This document shows positions 57,481 to 64,000 of a stretch of DNA of 64,000 nt, piece by piece. The DNA is from Eubacteriales bacterium (GTDB lineage: Bacteria > Bacillota > Clostridia > Lachnospirales > Lachnospiraceae). Under the pieces are notes generated by a model. The model did not search any database, was not told the origin of the DNA, and saw nothing but the letters and a program-made list of their open reading frames with translations. The position numbers and the translations under genes were made by a program. The stretch spans positions 134 through 64,133 of the forward strand of contig JAWXVD010000006.1 of the NCBI GenBank assembly GCA_044425705.1. The letters run 5' to 3'. How positions within the stretch are numbered: the first letter of the stretch is position 1; each line of letters starts with the position of its first letter.

Positions 57481-58563
57481 GTGTCTAGAGTGTATAATTT
57501 TTCGGCAGGTCCAGCTGTATTGCCTGAAGAAGTATTAAGAGAAGCAGCAGAAGAAATGTTAGATTATAAGGGAACTGGAATGTCGGTTATGGAGATGAGC
57601 CATCGCTCCAAGGCTTTTGAAGAAATTATTCAAGGTGCTGAAAGTGACTTAAGAGAATTAATGGAAATACCAGATAATTATAAAGTATTATTTTTACAAG
57701 GTGGAGCAAGTCAACAATTTGCCATGATTCCTATGAATTTAATGAAGAATAAGGTGGCTGATTTCATTGTTACAGGACAATGGGCGAAGAAAGCATATCA
57801 AGAAGCATCTATTTATGGAACAGCTAATAAAATTGCTAGCTCGGAAGATGAAACTTTTTCTGACATACCAGATTGTTCGGATTTACCTATTTCTGAAGAT
57901 GCTGACTACGTATATATCTGTGAAAACAATACAATTTATGGAACAAAATATAAAACGTTACCTAATACAAAAGGGAAAATTCTTGTATCGGATGTATCAT
58001 CTTGTTTCTTATCGGAACCAGTAGATGTATCAAAATACGGCATTATCTATGGTGGGGTACAAAAGAATATTGGTCCAGCAGGAATGGTTATCGTTATAAT
58101 TAGAGAGGATTTAATTACGGAAGATACCTTGGCAGGAACACCTACTATGTTAAAATATAAAACTCATGCAGACAATGATTCCTTATATAATACGCCTCCA
58201 GCATATGGTATCTATGTATGTGGTAAAGTGTTCAAATGGTTAAAAGCTATGGGTGGTCTTTCTGTTATGAAAGAAAGAAATGAAGCAAAAGCTAAAATTT
58301 TATACGACTATTTAGATGAAAGTAATATGTTTAAAGGTACGGTACGATTAGAGGATCGTTCTCTTATGAATGTGCCATTTGTAACGGGCAATGCTGATTT
58401 AGATGCTAAATTTGTAAAAGAAGCAAAGGCAGCAGGATTCGAAAATTTAAAAGGTCATAGAAGTGTAGGCGGTATGCGCGCCAGTATCTATAATGCTATG
58501 CCACAAGCTGGCGTAGAAGCATTAGTTGCATTTATGAAAAAGTTTGAGGAAGAAAATTGTTAA
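57481..58563 (+). CDS. serC: Phosphoserine aminotransferase
   Basis: YNFSAGPAVLPEEVL N-terminus, KNIGPAG PLP-lysine motif; GTG start after AAGGAGG. Confidence 0.9.
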   Translation: MSRVYNFSAGPAVLPEEVLREAAEEMLDYKGTGMSVMEMSHRSKAFEEIIQGAESDLRELMEIPDNYKVLFLQGGASQQFAMIPMNLMKNKVADFIVTGQWAKKAYQEASIYGTANKIASSEDETFSDIPDCSDLPISEDADYVYICENNTIYGTKYKTLPNTKGKILVSDVSSCFLSEPVDVSKYGIIYGGVQKNIGPAGMVIVIIREDLITEDTLAGTPTMLKYKTHADNDSLYNTPPAYGIYVCGKVFKWLKAMGGLSVMKERNEAKAKILYDYLDESNMFKGTVRLEDRSLMNVPFVTGNADLDAKFVKEAKAAGFENLKGHRSVGGMRASIYNAMPQAGVEALVAFMKKFEEENC

Positions 58564-58685
58564 AAATAATATAAATTAGATGAATCATATATAACTTATG
58601 TTTATATAGGAATAAGGATTATAGGTCACGCGTGATCTGTAACGAATAACAGTGATAAAGATTTGTTTTATGGAGGGTAGAAGTT

Positions 58686-59849
58686 ATGTTTCAATATAAA
58701 TGTCTTAATCCAATTGCAAAAGTAGGATTAGATGGATTTGGAAAAGAGTATACACAAACTGATGCAATAGAGGAAGCAGATGGATTGTTAGTTCGTAGTG
58801 CAGTCATGCACGAAATGGACTTACCTAATAATGTGGTAGCAATAGCTAGAGCAGGTGCAGGTGTAAATAATATTCCGTTGGAAAAATATGCAGAGCAAGG
58901 TGTTGTAGTTTTTAATACACCAGGGGCAAACGCTAATGGTGTGAAAGAATTAGTACTAGCAGGGATGTTATTAGCTGCAAGAGATATTGTGGGTGGTGTG
59001 AATTGGGTAGCCGACAATGCTGACGATGAAAATATTGCAAAAGCTGCAGAAAAAGAAAAGAAAAATTTTGCAGGAAATGAATTGCAAGGTAAAAAGCTAG
59101 GTGTCATTGGATTGGGCGCTATAGGCGTTAGAGTGGCCAATACAGCTAGACATTTAGGGATGGAAGTATATGGATATGACCCATTCGTATCAGTCAATGC
59201 GGCATGGAATTTAAGCAGAGCTATCAATCATGCAATGAATGTGGATGAAATTTATGAAAAATGTGATTACATAACGATTCATGTTCCTTTATTACCAGAT
59301 ACAAAAGGTATGTTAAATAAAGAAGCTATTGAAAAAATGAAAGATGGTGTTGTTTTGTTAAACTTTGCCAGAGATTTATTGGCTAATGAAGTTGATATTA
59401 TCGAAGGATTAGAAAGTGGTAAAATTAAACGATATGTAACAGATTTTCCAAACACCACAACAGCAGGCGTAAATGGATGTATCGTTATTCCACATTTAGG
59501 TGCTTCCACAGAAGAATCAGAAGATAATTGTGCAGTAATGGCAGTTGATGAATTAAAGAATTATTTAGAAAATGGTAATATTACCAATAGTGTGAACTAT
59601 CCTAATTGTGATATGGGTATCTGTCAACAAGTGGGAAGAGTTGGGATTTTCCATAAGAATATTACTAAGATGATTTCAAAATTTTCTACTGTTTTTGGTG
59701 ATTATGGATTTAATATTACCGATATGGTGAATAAATCAAAAGGGGAATATGCTTATACCATGCTTGATTTAGAATCACAGGTGACTGAAGAAATCGTAAA
59801 AGAATTAGAAGAGATTACAGGCGTATTACGTGTCAGAGTAATTAAATAA
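58686..59849 (+). CDS. serA: D-3-phosphoglycerate dehydrogenase (short form with C-terminal ACT domain)
   Basis: GVIGLGAIG NAD-binding motif, 2-hydroxyacid dehydrogenase catalytic region, ACT-like tail, adjacent to serC. Confidence 0.85.
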   Translation: MFQYKCLNPIAKVGLDGFGKEYTQTDAIEEADGLLVRSAVMHEMDLPNNVVAIARAGAGVNNIPLEKYAEQGVVVFNTPGANANGVKELVLAGMLLAARDIVGGVNWVADNADDENIAKAAEKEKKNFAGNELQGKKLGVIGLGAIGVRVANTARHLGMEVYGYDPFVSVNAAWNLSRAINHAMNVDEIYEKCDYITIHVPLLPDTKGMLNKEAIEKMKDGVVLLNFARDLLANEVDIIEGLESGKIKRYVTDFPNTTTAGVNGCIVIPHLGASTEESEDNCAVMAVDELKNYLENGNITNSVNYPNCDMGICQQVGRVGIFHKNITKMISKFSTVFGDYGFNITDMVNKSKGEYAYTMLDLESQVTEEIVKELEEITGVLRVRVIK

Positions 59850-59861
59850 AAAATACAAAAG

Positions 59862-59894
59862 AAAACCATAGGCGATAAAAAGCTTATGGTTTTT
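59862..59894. terminator. Bidirectional terminator between convergent genes
   Basis: AAAACCATAGGC...GCTTATGGTTTT with A-run/T-run flanks. Confidence 0.6.
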
Positions 59895-59901
59895 GTGAAA
59901 G

Positions 59902-60177
59902 CTATCTTAAATTTTCTTGATTTGCAGCTTTGAAAATATCACCGAATTCAGCATTGATCTTGTTAGAGTTTTCAAGGGAAAATTCAGTTGCTAAATCCAT
60001 ATATTTGATAAATACATCTTCTAATGGCATTTTGTGAACCATAGCAAGTTCTTGTAAAACTGGACGTAATTTTTGTAATTGTTCAGAAATACGTACTTTT
60101 CTAGGGTCAATATCTGGCATTACCTTTTCAGCATATTCATTGATTTGGTTGAGAAATTCTCTATCTTCTTGTGTCAT
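59902..60177 (-). CDS. Conserved-looking small hypothetical protein (91 aa)
   Basis: ORF with helical, charged composition bounded by a terminator; no recognisable motif. Confidence 0.5.
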   Translation of the reverse strand: MTQEDREFLNQINEYAEKVMPDIDPRKVRISEQLQKLRPVLQELAMVHKMPLEDVFIKYMDLATEFSLENSNKINAEFGDIFKAANQENLR

Positions 60178-60359
60178 GTATTGATACCTCGTGGTTACAG
60201 TTTCACTATGAACTGTAATTTTCTTTCATTTTATATTTTTATAACACTAATATAACACTTGCTTATTCACTTGTCAAAATGTAGAATAGAGATAAGAAAA
60301 AGATGGTTAAAGTTTAAAGATGCTGAGAGTATGTTTTTGAGGAAGGGAAGGTAATTATT

Positions 60360-62852
60360 ATGAGAAACAAACTTTACAAACTAATGAACTGGCCAGCAAT
60401 TGAGGCTATTATTTACTCTGAAGAAGAAAAACCACACAATATTTTAGGGCCTCATGTTTTTGGTAGCAACTGCTTGATTCAAACATTTCAGCCAGAAGCA
60501 AAATCTGTTACACTACGTTTTTGGAAAAAGGAAAAAGAAGCAGAAGAAGAAATGATTATGATGGAAGAAGGTTTTTTTGCTATTTTAATTTCTAAGCGTA
60601 AATTTGATAAGTACGAATTTGTAGTAGCTTATGAAGAAGAAATGAAGGTGGTGCAAGATCCATATCAGTTTAAACCGATAATCACACAGAAAGATGTCGA
60701 TAAATTTGAAGCAGGTATTCATTACAATATATATGATAAATTAGGCGCACATGTAATGGAGCTGAACGGAATGAAAGGTGTTCACTTTGCAGTATGGGCA
60801 CCAAATGCTATACGTGTCAGTGTTGTAGGTGATTTTAATCAATGGGATGGTAGAATTCATCAAATGTCTCGCTTGTGGGAATCAGGAATTTTTGAGATTT
60901 TTATTCCGGGAGAGTATGTTGGAAGTAATTACAAATTCGAACTGAAATTAAAAAACGGTTTGACTTATTTAAAAGCCGATCCATATGCTTTTGGGCAACA
61001 ATTAAGACCAGATACTGCTTCTGTAGTATGTGATATAGCTACATTTGCATGGGGTGATACTTCGTGGTTACAGGAACGGAGTAAAGTAAAATGGAATAAA
61101 CAACCAATTAGTGTGTATGAAATGTACTTAGGTTCTTTTAGAAGAAAAGAAGATGGTAGCTATTATACCTATCAGGAACTAGCACCATTGGTAGTTTCTT
61201 ATGTGAAAGAAATGGGGTATACTCATGTTGAGTTAATGCCAGTTATGGAACATCCTTTTGATGCTTCTTGGGGATATCAAGTCATTGGATATTATGCACC
61301 TACTGCAAGATATGGTTCACCAGAAGAGTTTATGTTTTTTGTTGACGAATTGCATAATGCAAGCATCGGCATTATTTTAGATTGGGTACCAGCTCATTTT
61401 CCAAAAGATGACCACGGTCTTGCAAATTTTGATGGCACTTGTCTATATGAACATAAAGATCCAAGACAGGGACAACATCCTCACTGGGGGACTCTAATCT
61501 ATAATTATGGACGACCACAAGTAAGCAATTATCTACTTGCTAATGCATTGTATTGGGTAGAAAAGTATCATATTGATGGTATTCGTGTGGATGCAGTGGC
61601 ATCTATGCTTTACTTAGATTATGGAAAAAATGATGGAGAATGGGTTGCAAATATTTACGGCGGCAATGAAAATTTAGAAGCAATTGAATTCTTCAAACAT
61701 TTGAATAGCATTCTTCATAAAAGAAATAAAGGCGTTTTATCTATTGCAGAAGAATCTACTGCATGGCCTATGATTACTGGTTCTTTAAATGAGAATGGTT
61801 TGGGCTTTGATTATAAATGGAATATGGGATGGATGAACGATAATCTAGAATACATGAAATATGATCCATATTTTAGATCACATCACCATGGAGAATTAAC
61901 TTTTTCCATGATTTATGCCTATAGTGAAAAATTTATGTTAGCGTTATCTCATGATGAGGTAGTACATGGAAAAGCCACACTGCTTGGTAAAATGCCAGGA
62001 AATGATGCAGAGAAATTTGCTAATTTAAAATTATTATATACCTATATGTTTACGCATCCAGGTAAAAAATTACTATTTATGGGACAGGATATAGGAGAAT
62101 ATGATGAGTGGAATGAAATGCGTAGTGTGCAATGGGAATTAGCGGAATATGAACTTCATCAAGGAATCAATCAGTTGGTGAAAAAGTTGAATATACACTA
62201 TCAAAAATTACCAGCACTTTACGAATTAGATGAAACAGCAGATGGTTTTGAATGGATTAATTGTATTAATCATGATGAATGCACCTTAAGTTTTCTTAGA
62301 AAATCTGCATCAAAAGACGAAACATTGCTTATGGTATTTAATTTTGCTAACATGGAGAGAGATAATTATAAAGTAGGAGTACCTTTTGCAGGTAAATATA
62401 AAGAAATTCTTGCCACAGACGGAAAAGAATTTGGTGGCTCAGGAATTAAAAATATACGTGTAAAACATAGCGTAGAGGAAGAACATGATGGACGCAAAGA
62501 ATCTATTAAAATAAAATTAGCGCCATTAAGTGCTACTATATTCTCATATACTCCATTTACACCAGAAGAATTAAAGAAAATCGCTGAAAAGAAACAAGCT
62601 ACGAAAAAGAAAGTGACAACAAAAGCGAAAAAAGTTTCATTAAAAGACCAGTTGGAAGAAAAAATAAATGAGGCGGATGCAAAAATTTCGCAAGGTAGTG
62701 AAAAGAAAACCTTGTCAGAAAAGAAAATAGCACTAGAAAAGAAAACAGCACCAGAAAAGAAAACAGCACCCAAAAAGAAAACAGCACCAGAAAAGAAAAC
62801 AGCATCAAAAAAGAAGGCCGTCTCAGAGAAGAAGATAGTTGAAAAAAAGTAG
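60360..62852 (+). CDS. glgB: 1,4-alpha-glucan branching enzyme with Lys-rich repetitive C-terminal tail
   Basis: GH13_9 motifs (DWVPAHF, GIRVDAVASM, AEESTAWP, LSHDEVVHGK); ~100 extra C-terminal residues. Confidence 0.9.
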   Translation: MRNKLYKLMNWPAIEAIIYSEEEKPHNILGPHVFGSNCLIQTFQPEAKSVTLRFWKKEKEAEEEMIMMEEGFFAILISKRKFDKYEFVVAYEEEMKVVQDPYQFKPIITQKDVDKFEAGIHYNIYDKLGAHVMELNGMKGVHFAVWAPNAIRVSVVGDFNQWDGRIHQMSRLWESGIFEIFIPGEYVGSNYKFELKLKNGLTYLKADPYAFGQQLRPDTASVVCDIATFAWGDTSWLQERSKVKWNKQPISVYEMYLGSFRRKEDGSYYTYQELAPLVVSYVKEMGYTHVELMPVMEHPFDASWGYQVIGYYAPTARYGSPEEFMFFVDELHNASIGIILDWVPAHFPKDDHGLANFDGTCLYEHKDPRQGQHPHWGTLIYNYGRPQVSNYLLANALYWVEKYHIDGIRVDAVASMLYLDYGKNDGEWVANIYGGNENLEAIEFFKHLNSILHKRNKGVLSIAEESTAWPMITGSLNENGLGFDYKWNMGWMNDNLEYMKYDPYFRSHHHGELTFSMIYAYSEKFMLALSHDEVVHGKATLLGKMPGNDAEKFANLKLLYTYMFTHPGKKLLFMGQDIGEYDEWNEMRSVQWELAEYELHQGINQLVKKLNIHYQKLPALYELDETADGFEWINCINHDECTLSFLRKSASKDETLLMVFNFANMERDNYKVGVPFAGKYKEILATDGKEFGGSGIKNIRVKHSVEEEHDGRKESIKIKLAPLSATIFSYTPFTPEELKKIAEKKQATKKKVTTKAKKVSLKDQLEEKINEADAKISQGSEKKTLSEKKIALEKKTAPEKKTAPKKKTAPEKKTASKKKAVSEKKIVEKK
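62699..62842 (+). repeat. Eight tandem 18-bp coding repeats (EKKTAP-like hexapeptides)
   Basis: GAAAAGAAAACAGCACCA-type units head to tail at the 3' end of glgB. Confidence 0.8.
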
Positions 62853-62886
62853 TATTAGAAAAGTTAGCATTGAAAGGAAAAGTTAG

Positions 62887-63774
62887 ATGATATACAGTAA
62901 AGCACCAATCATCACAACAGTATTAGATGAGACCATGGAAGTAGTAGATATCAATGTAATTAGTCAATTTTTAAGCGATTTGCCAGAATTGGCATTCCAA
63001 TTAGGGACCAGAGTTGTTTTAGCAGTGATTGCATTTATAATAGGCGTACAATTGATAAAATTTGTTCGTAAATTGTTAAAAAAGTCACTAGAAAGAAGTA
63101 CAGTAGATACTGGGGTAATCCAGTTCCTAGATTCTCTAGTAAAGGCTTTATTATATTTAGTGCTAATCTTTATGATAGGGACTAGTTTTGGATTAGATGC
63201 GGCAAGTGTCATAGCAATTTTAGGTTCTGCTGGTGTTGCCATCGGTCTTGCCATTCAAGGTAGCCTTTCAAATTTTGCAGGTGGAGTATTGATTTTATTA
63301 CAAAAACCATTTGTAGTGGGAGATTATATTAAAGAAAGTGGCCATGGACATGAAGGAACAGTCACAGAAATTCAATTATTTTTTACGAAATTAACCACTG
63401 TGAATAATGAAATCATCGTATTACCTAATGGAAATTTAGCTAATTGCAGCTTGATGAATGTAACAGAAATGCCAAATCGTAGATGTGATTTAAAGGTAGG
63501 AATTGCTTATAATCAAGATATTCGTACTGCGAAAGCTGTGTTAGAAGGTGTTTTAATGAAGGATGAATTTGTCATCAAAGATAAAGAAATGATTGTCTTT
63601 GTAGATGAATTAGGAGACAGTGCAGTTGTTCTAGGTATCCGTTGTTGGTTTGCAAAAGCAGATTTTTGGCCAGGTAAGTGGCGTTTAAATGAGGCAGTAA
63701 AATATGCCTTAGATGATGCTAATATTTCCATTCCATTTCCACAGATGGATGTACATATTAGTCAGGAATCTTAG
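62887..63774 (+). CDS. Small-conductance mechanosensitive channel (MscS family)
   Basis: Three TM segments followed by GSLSNFAGGVLILLQKPFVVGDYI pore/beta-domain signature. Confidence 0.85.
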   Translation: MIYSKAPIITTVLDETMEVVDINVISQFLSDLPELAFQLGTRVVLAVIAFIIGVQLIKFVRKLLKKSLERSTVDTGVIQFLDSLVKALLYLVLIFMIGTSFGLDAASVIAILGSAGVAIGLAIQGSLSNFAGGVLILLQKPFVVGDYIKESGHGHEGTVTEIQLFFTKLTTVNNEIIVLPNGNLANCSLMNVTEMPNRRCDLKVGIAYNQDIRTAKAVLEGVLMKDEFVIKDKEMIVFVDELGDSAVVLGIRCWFAKADFWPGKWRLNEAVKYALDDANISIPFPQMDVHISQES

Positions 63775-63776
63775 AT

Positions 63777-63803
63777 GTAAAGTTCCAGACTGAGAGAAAG
63801 TGG
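63777..63803 (+). repeat. Partial copy of type 2 repeat 3' module
   Basis: GTAAAGTTCCAGACTGAGAGAAAGTGG matches 57045-57070 and 34796-34822. Confidence 0.35.
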
Positions 63804-63816
63804 AAGATAAAAGAAG

Positions 63817-63871
63817 CGACTTTATAACCGTTAAATCTAAAAAGCTAACGGTTATAAGGTCGGTTTTTTTT
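63817..63871. terminator. Strong bidirectional terminator
   Basis: 17-bp stem CGACTTTATAACCGTTA / TAACGGTTATAAGGTCG followed by eight T. Confidence 0.75.
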
Positions 63872-63894
63872 GTGAAAATTTCATTGACAGATAT

Positions 63895-64000
63895 CTATGA
63901 TAACACAAATTCTAAAATATCATGCCATACTTGATCTTTAGAACGATCTAAAATAATTTCATGTCTTACATTGGGATATAGCGTTAAAGTACTTTTTGTA
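63895..64000 (-). CDS. 3' end of a convergent gene (alpha/beta-hydrolase-like C-terminus), partial
   Basis: The reverse frame reads ..TLTLYPNVRHEIILDRSKDQVWHDILEFVLS*, resembling the C-terminal His-motif region of lysophospholipase-type hydrolases. Confidence 0.35.
   Translation of the reverse strand, partial: TKSTLTLYPNVRHEIILDRSKDQVWHDILEFVLS

Noticed and set aside
58691-59227. Antisense and overlapping ORFs inside well-supported genes
   Set aside because: Examples: 58691-59227(-), 5991-6479(-), 62366-62773(-), 40285-40761(-), 44473-44808(-), 30029-30385(-), 12370-12705(-), 2759-2968(+), 38292-38525(+), 48610-48846(+). All lie fully within or opposite strongly motif-supported genes, have low-complexity or odd composition, and lack SD sequences. 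I treat them as six-frame noise typical of AT-rich DNA.
62699-62842. CRISPR-like array (regular short repeats)
   Set aside because: The 18-bp units are directly adjacent without spacers and lie in-frame inside glgB. This is a coding tandem repeat. The array at 9001-9112 likewise has 13-nt repeats with AT-rich partly repeated spacers and no cas genes nearby.

Overview
This is a low-GC Firmicutes (Clostridia-like) chromosomal segment. All product calls come from reading motifs in the supplied translations; no database search was run. Most of it is ordinary core and carbohydrate metabolism.

Gene content, in order:
- A sugar ABC operon ending in an uncharacterised 1030-aa glycoside hydrolase/phosphorylase-like gene.
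- degV, a TIGR01212 radical-SAM gene, a DUF4143 AAA ATPase and an MBL hydrolase.
- A YesM/YesN-type two-component system with a second sugar ABC operon and GH39 + GH43 xylosidase genes.
- aroA, an EF-G paralog, two tandem MNT/HEPN toxin-antitoxin modules (one decayed) and mazG.
- A partial cobalamin cluster: cobO-cbiD-cbiG-cobU-cobU'-cobC-cbiB.
- corA, a collapsed opp/dpp-type operon, and hxlR with a flavodoxin gene.
- An Mbh-like Mrp antiporter module in the order E-F-G-B'-B-C-D.
- leuS, pepT, serC-serA, glgB and an mscS-family gene.

Most interesting signals:
1. A ~5 kb accessory island directly downstream of leuS (47.4-52.5 kb).
   - It carries an apparently intact MqsR-like toxin gene and an unusual antitoxin that fuses a complete MqsA-like zinc-ribbon/HTH module to a Panacea (DUF4065) domain.
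   - This is followed by a decayed WYL-regulated cassette: a frameshifted WYL gene, a frameshifted unknown gene, a Ycf46-like AAA+ N-domain fragment and a glycine-zipper membrane protein.
2. A family of ~75-nt double-hairpin interspersed repeats with at least four full copies.
   - One copy sits in-frame inside cbiG.
   - All copies keep the same reading frame open, which resembles Rickettsia palindromic elements.
3. An unusual density of gene remnants in otherwise core context: HEPN, opp, WYL, AAA+ and MATE.

No rRNA, tRNA, CRISPR array, integrase or transposase was recognised.
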